A stretch of 64,000 bases of DNA. Origin: Epithemia pelagica (lineage: Eukaryota; Protista; Bacillariophyta). Below the pieces are notes generated by a model. The model had not been told where the DNA came from. It worked only from the letters and a program-made list of their open reading frames with translations, and made no database searches. The stretch is from assembly GCA_946965045.2 (NCBI GenBank), contig OX337239.1:2852001-2916000 (forward strand). Direction: 5' to 3'. Positions 1-10,964 of this stretch are shown here, one piece after another. Within the stretch, counting starts at the first letter, position 1. Each line of letters starts with the position of its first letter. A program made the translations under genes and the position numbers.

Positions 1-338
1 TGACATAAAATGCGTAATTTCTTGCCAGGTGTGCAACACATCCAAGATTGGTGGATGGTTGTAAAATAACTCTTCCCAAGGCAGCACAGTCCTTTGACTT
101 GCCAATGTTGTGTCCTTCATTTGTTGACCGTGAGACATTCCTGGTACTTAGGCCAACTAGAAAAGAATCTGCCAGTGCGTGAAAGGTAGGAAAGCACTCT
201 CGGTAGATGCGGACAGGAAGACTGGAGGAGGCCACAGCAGTTTCAACAACGCTGTCATTGTTTTTCATGATTCAAACACGATGATAGTGATATGCTGACC
301 CGAGTCGCTCCAAGGGGTGTCGCAGCGTCACCAAAAAC

Positions 339-860
339 GTGTTGGCGAGTTGTTATTGTGTCCGATATCATAGTCTGCCAGAAAAAATCGAACGCATTAC
401 AGGACGCTTTGAGTCTCAGATAGACGCCGATGACAAGGAAACTGTGTCCCCAGGTTTCTATCCCTTCGAACAAACACTGATCGGAGAGTCGCTTCAAGCT
501 TGGGAGAGAGCTTTCCCTTCACACCATGAGTTGACAGATCATCATCAATCATTCAGCGATTGCATCGACAGATTTTTCTACTTATACATTACGCCATATG
601 GGTGTCAGACACTCTCAATGGAGGCCACAAGGAACAGGTTGGCTCTTGAATTGAAGATCTATATGCTGGGTGATGAGACATGCTTTTGCAAACATGATAA
701 GACTATATCTGTGGATGCCATGGTATGGACTGTACTTCATATGGCAGATATTTACGCGTTTCTTAATACAAAGCCACTAGAGGGCCTTGAGATCGAAATG
801 GCATTGGCTTTGACACTCCCTCAACCTTGGTTTATGCCATATTTCAAGCTACCACGGTAG
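339..860 (+). CDS. Hypothetical protein, probably 5'-incomplete or decayed
   Basis: 173-aa ORF with protein-like composition; no motif recognised. Confidence 0.3.
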   Translation: MLASCYCVRYHSLPEKIERITGRFESQIDADDKETVSPGFYPFEQTLIGESLQAWERAFPSHHELTDHHQSFSDCIDRFFYLYITPYGCQTLSMEATRNRLALELKIYMLGDETCFCKHDKTISVDAMVWTVLHMADIYAFLNTKPLEGLEIEMALALTLPQPWFMPYFKLPR

Positions 861-901
861 ACCCCAACGGAAAAGAATCTGAAGTCCAATATTGATGGTC
901 A

Positions 902-2015
902 ATGGAATTGAACGCATCGAGGAACTTTGATGGGAAACACGGGTCTCCACCTGTACCCAAGGATCCTAACCATCAAAGGACTCATAGGAAAAAACCAGCG
1001 TCGGTTACGGACGATAATGAAATGGTGACAGCTGCCCGCAAGCATGGTGATTCTAGCAATGAAGGCAAAGGGCTTGTACAGAGCAGGGTAGAAATTTTCC
1101 GATCATCGGTGTTTCCGGCTGCGACAAACACTTCCAAGAAAACTTGTGTCAAAGACAACAATACCAGAGAGAATAGTCAACAAAGCAACCCGAAAAAACA
1201 CGCCAATGGGGACAAAGCCGACAAGAAGGGAGACTCGAATAAGGATGGTGAAAAAGATGTCCCTCCTCTGGTTATTCGCAAGGATGAACCGACCGAGAGA
1301 GTCGTCACAAAGAGTATTAATCAGGCGCCCACGTTTGGAACTAACCAGGACAACGGAAAGGGAGACATTTGCCCATCGATCGAACGAACCAAACAGAAAG
1401 AAGGACAAGGAGAGTCTCCAAAAAAAACAGACGATCCTACACAGATCAAATCCAGATTACTGGGAAGCTTTCGAAGCTAAGGGTGTGAGGTACTGTCTAC
1501 CATGGATCGACGACGACTTGAGTTCGCATCCCACTCAACGTTTGATACAAATGGCCGAATATTCATGCTTTCGGCGGAACAAAGCCCCTGAACATGGATG
1601 GGTGTGGGCTAAAAAAGCTCGGATTCTTCTTCTTGACTCAATCAAGGAGTGTGTTCTACCAACAATCTTCATGTGCGAAACATGCAATCGACTAAACCAT
1701 GGACTACATGACTTTGGGAAAGGCAATTACTACGACAGAGTTTTCATCCCTCATCGTCAGTATCGTCGAAATTTGTTCATCAACTCGATAACACCGGATA
1801 CTATGGTGTTGGGAAAGATACCACCACAGGTTTTTGGAAGTATAACAACACTCCTGGTCCATCGTTGGCACAAACAAGAGATTTGTTTCGCAAATTTACG
1901 ATATGAGGAAATCGCTGATCTCGGTAATCCCAGATACAATAAGAAAGGGCGACCTAGTACACTGATGGCGATAATAGCAACTAAAGCGGAATCTATAGAT
2001 CCGATCTTGGTAACT
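902..2015 (+). pseudogene. 5' part of a gene split by the copia insertion; low-complexity N-terminus and a globular region with weak Ulp1/C48-like pattern
   Basis: Overlapping ORFs 902-1480 (charged, low complexity) and 1146-2018 (protein-like from DYWEAF onward) suggest a frameshift. The second ORF ends exactly at the LTR TG(A) and rejoins 9431+ in frame once one AACT copy is removed. Confidence 0.6.
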
Positions 2016-2255
2016 TGAATAAATAATCACGGACGCCCCCTTTGTAACCTACGAAGGGCCTCGCCATGCCTCGCTACGCATCGCCTGGCATCGCCCGGCC
2101 CCTAGTTGCGTGTTCGGTAGTGGGTACCGTGGTCGCTGTTTGGCCCCTACGTGAGCGATTTGCCCCCAAAGGGCACCCCTAGTTTAGTTACCATAATTTC
2201 TGATAGTTTGATTGTTGCAAGCCGTATATTGCGTCTGGCCGTCAGTTTTTATTCA
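2016..2255 (+). repeat. 5' LTR, family A
   Basis: TGAATAAAT...ATTCA, direct repeat of 9187-9426. Confidence 0.97.
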
Positions 2256-2269
2256 GTTTATCAGACCCA
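2256..2269 (+). promoter_or_regulatory. Primer-binding site complementary to a tRNA anticodon arm (Ile, read as GAT)
   Basis: GTTTATCAGACCCA abuts the LTR; its reverse complement TGGGT-CTGATAA-AC has stem, 7-nt loop and 2 correctly pairing stem bases. Confidence 0.6.
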
Positions 2270-2751
2270 TCTGTCTGTTGTTCCCCACTGTTCGCCGGAC
2301 GGCAAGCGCCTGATCAACGCTCGGGAGTTGTTCGCGCTAAGCGGCTTCGTCACTCGCTCGCTTGCGTCATCTCTGTGACTTGTTTTTGTCACTGTGGGAC
2401 CCACTCGCTAATTTGTGACTTGCGACTGCACAACGTACCGTGCACGTGCTCGTACACGTGGACCGTCCATCCACGCGCGCCGTACGACTCAATTATAAAA
2501 GCCTGCTGGCTTTTGACACGTGCCTGCTTGCTCACGGAGTGGCGGGTTCGCCGGTTCGCGGATTCGCCGATCGCTAGCTCGCTCGCTCGCGGAATCGCCG
2601 GACGACTACTCGCCGATTCACTCGCAGACTGTTGGCTCACAGAAATTCGCTCCTCTCATCACAATTGCAAATTTCTGCACAAGAACAAGCCTTCCCTTGC
2701 CATCCGTTTGACCTTCTACTACCCTCCTACCCTTCATCCGACCCTTGAACC

Positions 2752-4830
2752 ATGGCCGCAAATGCCTTCCGTACTGCACTGGGCCGCTGTGGCTACGACA
2801 ATGACACCGTTGAGCACCTAACGCAACAGGGCTTCACAACAACGGATCAGTTCCTGGAGTTTCCTATCAACGAAGTAAAGCCCATGCTGAAGACATTAGC
2901 CAAGAACCTACCCGACGGTCTCACCCTACCCTACCAGTTCAACCTGAAGTTCCTTGGCTTCCGAATGTGGTTGGAATATCGTTCTGTCCGTGGTCAAAAC
3001 CTTGATGCTGGTGGTTATACTGGTGACGTAATCACCAAGTGGATGAAACGCGTAACGGAACTCGCGAATGCCACCACCACTGATGATCAGGATGACCCAG
3101 TACCACCCAAAAGGCTAACGAACCTTGCCGATTGGGAACGTCACGACGGAATGTGGCGCACGTACTTGGGTCAGCACCGTAATCCGACAACGGGAGTGCC
3201 GCTCACCTACGTATTGCGTGAGGAGTCCGACGTACCGGACGACGCACTAACCGCCGATTACGACTGCATTGACGACGACCTAGTCGCGACCACTCGTCAT
3301 GAGGGGGATCAGTACAAAGCCGACCGACGCAGAGTGTATGAGCTGTACTACCCTCTTATCTACGATGGCCCGGCATGGACGTTTGCTAAAACGCACGCGA
3401 AATCAAAGGACGGCCGTGAGGCCTACCTGACCGTCAAGCGGCAAGCCACTGGACAAGCCGCGAGCATCCTGCGCAAGAAACAAGCTTATGCGCAGATCGC
3501 AAATGCTAAGTTTACAGGACGAGGGAAGTACCGCTTCCATGACTACATCCACCGTCACCAACATGCGCACAACACCCTGGAAGAGCTTGGCGAAACGGTC
3601 GCGGAAACGAAAAAAGTGACCGATTTCATGAATGGGATCACCGATCCGACGCTCGTCCAAGCAAAGACCGTCGTCAACGGTGACCAGGAGAAGTTGGAGA
3701 ACTTCGAAGCGTGCCAGCAATACTTCTTGACTGTGCACAGTGCCGCCAAAACCGAAACGCAGGACGACTCTCGAAAGATCGCCGCTGCTAGTACCACCCC
3801 AAGCAAAGGAAAGGGAAAAGGGCGCAATCAGAAAAAGAGCAAGAAGAAGAAGGACCGCGTTCATGCTGGTCACTACGATGCCGACGAATGGGCAGACCTG
3901 ACGGAGGACGAACGCAAACAAGTCCTGGCTCTTCGCAGAGAGCGCAAAGAAAAGCGGAAGCTTGGATCCGTCACCACAGACGACTCTTCCAACGCATCGT
4001 TGAAGAGATCGAAAACGTCGCATGGTAGTACTGCTGAGGACGCAATCTCAGTAGACATTGACGAAGACGACGCTAAGCCGGAGGCTAAGACCAACGTATC
4101 GGTCATTATGGAAGTAGACGAGAACTTGCTTGACTCCTCTGTTGACAACGTACCGTCGCCAGACAAGCACTCTAAGTTCCGCGCTTCCGCCTCACCTGCG
4201 AAATCATCCGAAGATGATTCGCAGCCGACAAAGTCCTCAGCTGGCAACAGCTTTGGACGTTTCGCGCATAAGGCTAAAGCACAACCGAACGAACCCGGAT
4301 CTGCGTCCGTCAAATCCGTACGTACTCGCCCCATGGGGGAATACGAGACCTATCCACCGATGTGGCAATGGGAAGAGGACGGACGTCCTGATATGAGTCA
4401 TATGACCATCCCACCAGTCCCGGATCACGGCGACATCTTTGTGAAGCTGCCGCTACCGGTCAAAGGCAAGTATGCTGAAGGGACTCGTAACGTCCGCTCA
4501 CTTACCAAGCATGACCAAAGTATGCTGAAAGGAAGCTTCCGCGAAGAGATCGACACTATTGTCCACAAAAGTCCAATTTGGTCTTGGCGCTGGTCTAAAA
4601 TGTCAGGCTATGAACGTGAAGAGCGCCAAATGTACCATGTGTGCAAACGCTTAGCCGAGCACACGGAAGTGTTCGACGAAGCTTTCAAATACACTATGCT
4701 TGCCAATGGACAATTGGCTGCCGCAGAGCGAAGGCATAATGTATGCGGTCGTTATTCCGCCGATCTTGAATTCGATGTCCGTGACCCAAATGTCTCTGAC
4801 AAGTCTGCCGACCTGTCTCCTTCCTCCTGA
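2752..4830 (+). CDS. gag: Gag of copia family A, 692 aa with long C-terminal extension
   Basis: Diatom-type gag motifs (YLGQHRNPTTGVPLTYVLR, KVTDFMNGITDP, HYDADEWADLTEDERK); no CCHC knuckle. Confidence 0.88.
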   Translation: MAANAFRTALGRCGYDNDTVEHLTQQGFTTTDQFLEFPINEVKPMLKTLAKNLPDGLTLPYQFNLKFLGFRMWLEYRSVRGQNLDAGGYTGDVITKWMKRVTELANATTTDDQDDPVPPKRLTNLADWERHDGMWRTYLGQHRNPTTGVPLTYVLREESDVPDDALTADYDCIDDDLVATTRHEGDQYKADRRRVYELYYPLIYDGPAWTFAKTHAKSKDGREAYLTVKRQATGQAASILRKKQAYAQIANAKFTGRGKYRFHDYIHRHQHAHNTLEELGETVAETKKVTDFMNGITDPTLVQAKTVVNGDQEKLENFEACQQYFLTVHSAAKTETQDDSRKIAAASTTPSKGKGKGRNQKKSKKKKDRVHAGHYDADEWADLTEDERKQVLALRRERKEKRKLGSVTTDDSSNASLKRSKTSHGSTAEDAISVDIDEDDAKPEAKTNVSVIMEVDENLLDSSVDNVPSPDKHSKFRASASPAKSSEDDSQPTKSSAGNSFGRFAHKAKAQPNEPGSASVKSVRTRPMGEYETYPPMWQWEEDGRPDMSHMTIPPVPDHGDIFVKLPLPVKGKYAEGTRNVRSLTKHDQSMLKGSFREEIDTIVHKSPIWSWRWSKMSGYEREERQMYHVCKRLAEHTEVFDEAFKYTMLANGQLAAAERRHNVCGRYSADLEFDVRDPNVSDKSADLSPSS

Positions 4831-7800
4831 TGGAGTGTGCCCTGTGTATCCGCTGCCGAAGCAGTAAAAATTGATAAAACGAATCTTATTGTTCAATCGA
4901 ATGCACATGTAGGCACCCATTATAGTTATTCTAAACGTTTCGCACATCGTCTATGTGCTATGAACACCGACGAATATGGTGTTGAGACCATTGAGCTCAC
5001 CTGTGAGTTGGACTCACACGCGGACACCTGTGCCGTGGGAAGAGACTTCGCAATGCTCTCCGAAGCCCACCGCTATATCAGTGTGCATCCGTTCGCGTAG
5101 GAATATAACCCGCTGACCAATGTCCCTATTGCGACTGTTGCTACTGTCTGGACTGACAGCGAAAACCAGTCTTACTTGCTTGTTATCCACCAAGCATTGT
5201 TTTTAGGGGACCGTATGGGCAGTTCGTTACTCTGTCCGAACCAGATGCGTGCCCATGGCATCGTTGTCAACGACGTACCTAAACAGTTTGACCCGCACAG
5301 CACGCATAGTATCCACGTACCGGATGCCGATCTCACCATCCCGCTCACCATGGCTGGTGTGATAAGTGGTTTCGCCACTCGCAAACCCTCTTCTGACGAG
5401 CTGGAACACTTGCCACAAGTTGTGCTAACTGCCGATAGCCCATGGCAACCTTGTTCTGCCGCCTTTGCGGACGCGGAGGAGAAACTGGGTGTAGCTGCCG
5501 CTACTGTCGTTCGCAATGGCGATCCGAATTCGATTGCCCCATCCTCCATTCCACGACTCATCAAAGCAGTGTGAACGTACCAGCATGCTTTTGCCAATCC
5601 ATCACCCGATCTGGACGCCGACGCACAAGGCGACGACCTGTACGAACGCTTAATAGCGACGGTCACTGTTCATCCAGAGAAGGAGGAGCCTGATGTAGTC
5701 CCGGACGACAAACGTGAACGTCGGCTGTACATGATCAAGACTGCTAACGAGTCTTCCCCAGCCGATCCTGCTGGAAAGGGAGTGCTTGATGCAGCCGTAC
5801 TGTCACAACGTTGGGGCATTGGTTTACCCAAAGCAAAGAATACGCTTAAAGTGACGACGCAGGCTGGAGTACGAAACGTATTAGTCCCATCTAAGCGTAA
5901 GGTCCGTAAGAAGGCACCGTGGCTCAAATTCCCTAATGTGAAAGGCCGTTGGTTCTCGGACGAGATGTTTGCCAAAGAAGTATCACTGAACAGGGACACG
6001 GGCGCCTCGATCTTTACCGACGGCAAAGGATTCGACCACGTTTATCCCTGGAAGTCGAAAAAGCAACATCCTGAAGGATTGATGTCTTTGATTCACAATG
6101 TAGGGATTCCCCAAACAATGGTATCTGATGGTGCCCGAGAATTGTTCCTAGGGAAGTCCCGTGAAATATGCAACGAGTACCGCATAAAGATGGAGAAAAC
6201 GGTTCCTTACAGTCCATGGCAGAACGCCGCCGAAGCGAGCATTCGTGAACTAAAGAAGGGAGTTGTCAAAATTATGAGGACGACCGGCGCACCACGACGT
6301 TTATGGAGCTATGCTCTTAAATGGTGCTCACACGTACGGCAACTCACGGCATCCGATATCCCTGAATTAGATGGACGTACACCGTTCGAGCATGTAATTG
6401 GCTCAACACCAGACATCTCTCCATTAGCCATGTTCCAATTCTATCAGCCGGTGTATTATCGCATGCCCATGGCACAGTTTCCCTTCGAAAAAAGACTGAT
6501 TGGCCGATGGTTGGGCTTAGCCGATGATTGCACCGATGATATGGCCTATGAAATCCTAACGCAAGAGGGCAATCATGTCACACGGAAAGATGTGTGGGCC
6601 ATTCCGGAAGACGACCTGAAGAATCCGACGATTCATCAGCAGTTGTTGGACTATGATGCCGCTATTCAAACGCAAATGAAAGAGCCGCCATCTGATGGCA
6701 CAACTGGGAGCGATCCACCCCCAGACCTCTTTGACAAAGGTGAACTTCTAGAGCCCTTGTTCCCAGAGGCCGAAGCCCTGGAATCCGACGCGTACACGCC
6801 GGAGGAACTAGACGAATACCTCACCGCTGAAGTCATGCTGCCGCGAGGAGGTGAAAGCGCTCGAGCGAAAATCATTGGACGCACGAAAGATGCTCATGGG
6901 CGACCTATTGGTGAGCGCGACGCAAACCCAATCCTTGATACCGGTACTACGATGTACAGTTTCCGGATGGATGGGTCGAGTCGTATGCAACCAATATGAT
7001 CGCAGAGAATCTGTATTCGCAAGCTGACCCGGAGGGCAATGCGTTCAACACATTGAAAGCCATTGTGGGTCACCGAAGTGATGAGACCGCAGTTAAGAGA
7101 ACAGACGCATCGTTCCTTGACGGCACATCACACCACATAACGACAGGCTGGGAATTGCAATGTGAACTGTCCGATCAATCGACTGTTTGGCTGCCGCTCA
7201 AAGACGTCAAGAATGGAAATATGATTGAAGCCGCCGAGTACGCAGTATCCACTGGCATCGCAAAAGAGCCTGCTTTCGCATGGTGGGTGCCACGTGCACT
7301 TCGCAAACGAGACCGCATTATCAAAAAGGTAAAGTCACGTTATTGGAAGCGAACGCACAAGTATGGCATTGAGTTGCCCCATTCTGTGGAAGAAGCCCTG
7401 GCGATTGACCGCCGAACGGGGACTGACTTCTGGCGTAAGGCTATTGAGAAAGAAATGAAGAACGTTGGCATTGCTTTCGAATTTCCAGCTGATGGCGAAG
7501 TGCCTTCTGGATACAAGCATATTCCCTGCCACATGGTTTTTGATATCAAATCAGACCTGCGACGAAAAGCACGGTTAGTGGCCGGAGGCCACAAAACTGA
7601 TCCACCCAAAGAATCGACCTATTCTAGTGTGGTATCACGCGATAGCGTACGCATTGCTTTTACTATCGCTGCACTAAATGGTCTAGATGTTCTCGTCGGG
7701 GACGTGCAAAACGCATATCTCAACGCACCGACTAAAGAAAAGACCTATACCACCGCGGGACTCGAATTTGGACCAGATAAGGTTGGACAACCTGCACTGA

Positions 7801-9065
7801 TAGTGCGCGCATTATATGGTCTCAAAAGTGTTGCCGCAAGGTGGCGTGTTCACATCGCCGCAACGCTCCGCGATATGGGATTTAAGATGTGTCAAGCTGA
7901 TCCTGATGTATGGCTTCGAGCGAACACTCGACCATCTGATGGGTTCCAGTATTACGAGTATGTTTTGGTCTATATTGATGATCTGCTGATTGTTAGTCAT
8001 GATCCCAAAACCGTGATGCAGGACCTGCAGAGGCGCTATACGATCAAGCCCGACAGTATCAAACCACCAGACGAATACTTGGGATCCGAAATACGGCGTT
8101 ATACCATACCCGACACGCAAGATCCGTCGAACCGTGATCGTTGGGCCATGTCCGCTGACAAATATTGTAAGCGTGCTCTTGCCGAAGTCGAAACGGAACT
8201 GGAGAAATCCGGAGAAAAGCTGAAGTCAAAAGTGACGACGCCGATCGCCGATGGATATCGCCCGGAATTGGATGCGACTCCTGAACTCGACGCAAGACGT
8301 GCAAACTATTACCAAGGACTGATCGGTATTCTCCGTTGGATTGTTGAACTCGGTCGTATCGACATTACAACCGCAGTCTCCCATATGTCCCGTTTTATGG
8401 CGAATCCACGAGAAGGATATCTCAAGCAAACGTTGCACATCTTCACGTATCTGAAAAAGTACGATAAATCCGCCATTGTGTTCGACGACACAACCCCTGA
8501 CTTCGACGAGTCACGTTTTACCCGACCGGATTGGTCTGAGTATTATCCTGATGCTGCCGAGCCGATTCCGCCAAACGCACCAGCACCGCGTGGAAACGCT
8601 GTCACCACGACTTGCTTTGTCGATGCTGATCATGCTGGATGTCGTGTCACACGGCGCTCTCAAACAGGAGTCCTACTGTTCTTGCAACGAGCACCGATCA
8701 TGTGGTATTCAAAACGACAAAACACTGTTGAGACGTCTACATTTGGCAGTGAGTTCGTGGTGATGAAAACTGCCATTGAAATGATTGAAGCATTTCGTTA
8801 TAAGTTGCGAATGATGGGTATCCCGTTGGATGAAGAGACGAATGTGTTTTGCGACAATGAATCTGTGTTTAAGAACTCGACGCAGCCGGAATCAGTCCTA
8901 AAGAAGAAGCACAACGCAATTGCTTATCATCGGACTCGTGAAGCGCAAGCTGCTGGACTTGTGCGCATTGCATGGGAAGAAGGTGAAACGAATCTTGCCG
9001 ATATCCTAACCAAACTGCTACCCGGACCTCGATTGCGATTCCTGGCCCAACGTATCATGTGGTAG
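4831..9065 (+). pseudogene. pol: pol (protease, integrase, reverse transcriptase, RNase H) with 2 in-frame stops and 1 frameshift
   Basis: PR ELDSHADTC; IN WFSD / VSDGARE / QNAAEASIRELK; RT VYIDDLL; RH FVDADHAG. Stops TAG 5098-5100 and TGA 5572-5574; 1-nt deletion near 6941 (ILDT/RYYDVQFPDG); RT-RH part 6996-9065 is open. Confidence 0.95.
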
Positions 9066-9180
9066 CACCCCTTTTAGATCCAAAATGGGATCGCCCCTTT
9101 TGAAGAATAGTCCGACGTACTGGACCGGCCTCTGCTGACATGACGAACAAAACGAAGTTGCCCACCCCGATTTTGTTCGC

Positions 9181-9186
9181 GGGGAC
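9181..9186 (+). promoter_or_regulatory. Polypurine tract, family A
   Basis: GGGGAC directly before the 3' LTR. Confidence 0.7.
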
Positions 9187-9426
9187 TGAATAAATAATCA
9201 CGGGCGCCCCCTTTGTAACCTACGAAGGGCCTCGCCATGCCTCGCTACGCATCGCCTGGCATCGCCCGGCCCCTAGTTGCGTGTTCGGTAGTGGGTACCG
9301 TGGTCGCTGTTTGGCCCCTACGTGAGCGATTTGCCCCCAAAGGGCACCCCTAGTTTAGTTATCATAATTTCTGATAGTTTGATTGTTGCAAGCCGTATAT
9401 TGCGTCTGGCCGTCAGTTTTGATTCA
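9187..9426 (+). repeat. 3' LTR, family A
   Basis: Direct repeat of 2016-2255. Confidence 0.97.
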
Positions 9427-9883
9427 AACTGTAAATCTGGCTGATAAGAAGGCAATAGTGGTTGACCAACTTTTGTCGCGTGTTACCATGGAAGACCGGA
9501 TGGAGCAAAAACTGATGACGATCCAATATTTGAAGTATGAAGGATTGGTATCACATGCTCAGGTTGGCAGCTATCTAAAGTCAAACCGAGAGAAGGACAT
9601 TGGCTGGTCGATTTATTTCCTGACTTATGATGCTCCGATGCAACCGTTTGATTACCCCAGTCCACAGGCTACCATCATTTGGATAATTCACGAGGTGCTA
9701 TCGAAGACAAACACAGATGGATTCACTATTGACCATCTCTTTCATTCTTGGAAGAAACAACTACCACGAAACAGATATGAGATCCATGTGGCATGTAATA
9801 AAAATCGTCAGTTCTTTGGTGAACTATGCCAAGAAGACAAGCGCCCTTCGAGTTGCATACCGTGGTGGAAGAGGCCGGAATGA
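9427..9883 (+). pseudogene. 3' part of the gene split by copia family A
   Basis: Reads ...SIDPILVT|VNLADKKAIVVDQLL... in frame with 1146-2015. Confidence 0.75.
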
Positions 9884-10838
9884 ACCGGATATCAAACGAT
9901 TGGATAGTCTGAACATGAAAAAAGGAATTGTGGAAGATATACATAGAACCTCGTCGAATGCCGAACTTTCATTCTGTTTTTCTGACGATGAAACCTTTGA
10001 GGAACATCCTGCTAGATATTCATTCCACCGAAGGGAAGACGCAATTGTACGACTCAAACAAGACCTTTGCACTGACCAGATTGTTACAAAGATCACTGGC
10101 GAAGATCAGAAGATGGGTCTATGTCCAGTCTGTGGTGATTCGTTCATGAGTGAACATGGATGTACGTCGGTCCATGTAAATCCTGGGGGAAAAGAGTACT
10201 GCAATCATATGATACATACAGCTTGTATTGCACAAAGGGTACGATATGTCAACTATAAATGTCCCGTCTGTCTGGAAGAATTGAAGATGTGCCCAGCCTC
10301 AAAAATGCCAACGAGTGAAACGATGGATCTACTGAAACTTATCGACAAACATGGCGGTGGAAAAAAACAGAGCGTTGGGTTACCTCAGAACGTATTACAA
10401 GACAACATATGTGCCCTCTGTGGTGAACGAGTACAAGATTGTAAGATCGATGACTGTCGACACATGTTTTGTAGAGAGTGTATTGGGGGATGGTTGAACA
10501 AATCTACCACCCGGAAAATTTGTCGACCCGGATCTAGTGACAGCAACCAGGCAACTTGCCCAACTTGTCGTAACGATATCAGTTCAATCACATACACACA
10601 TCCAAAAACTGGAAGAATCGAGGAACCAAGTGTCCCGGTCGACGTACGCAGAGAAAGATTTTACCCCGAACCATCCTTACCAGATTCCACTTGGAGATGT
10701 ATCCCAATTGAGACTGGACGTCGAGGAGAACGACAAGTAATTCGAAAAAACAAAAGTAATTGGGGTGAACAGACTTGCCCTCCTCCAACAACCGGTACTG
10801 GGAAAGAACCAACAAAAAGGGAGAAAAGGCAAGTTTAA
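9717..10838 (+). CDS. Protein with two RING fingers (RING-H2 and RING-HC), putative E3 ubiquitin ligase
   Basis: CPVC-x-CNHMIHTAC-x-CPVC (C3H2C3) and CALC-x-CRHMFCREC-x-CPTC (C3HC4); true start may lie downstream of 9717. Confidence 0.85.
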   Translation: MDSLLTISFILGRNNYHETDMRSMWHVIKIVSSLVNYAKKTSALRVAYRGGRGRNEPDIKRLDSLNMKKGIVEDIHRTSSNAELSFCFSDDETFEEHPARYSFHRREDAIVRLKQDLCTDQIVTKITGEDQKMGLCPVCGDSFMSEHGCTSVHVNPGGKEYCNHMIHTACIAQRVRYVNYKCPVCLEELKMCPASKMPTSETMDLLKLIDKHGGGKKQSVGLPQNVLQDNICALCGERVQDCKIDDCRHMFCRECIGGWLNKSTTRKICRPGSSDSNQATCPTCRNDISSITYTHPKTGRIEEPSVPVDVRRERFYPEPSLPDSTWRCIPIETGRRGERQVIRKNKSNWGEQTCPPPTTGTGKEPTKREKRQV

Positions 10839-10964
10839 ATTTGGGAGAATTATCAATGTCTACATGATTATTAATAGCTAACATGGACGTACTGGAATAG
10901 AACCAACAAGTCGTATCATTGTACGGGGACATTATCTGGGGGTATTGCTCAAGAATTTGAGTAT

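Larger units (their letters stand above)
2016..9426 (+). mobile_element. Full-length Ty1/copia LTR retrotransposon, CoDi-like family A, with decayed pol
   Basis: Two 240-bp LTRs (TG...CA) with 3 mismatches; order gag-PR-IN-RT-RH; PPT GGGGAC; AACT repeated on both flanks (2012-2015, 9427-9430). Confidence 0.97.

Noticed and set aside
3403-4334. Antisense ORFs over gag A (206 aa, 153 aa)
   Set aside because: Shadow frames of a coding strand; no independent motifs.
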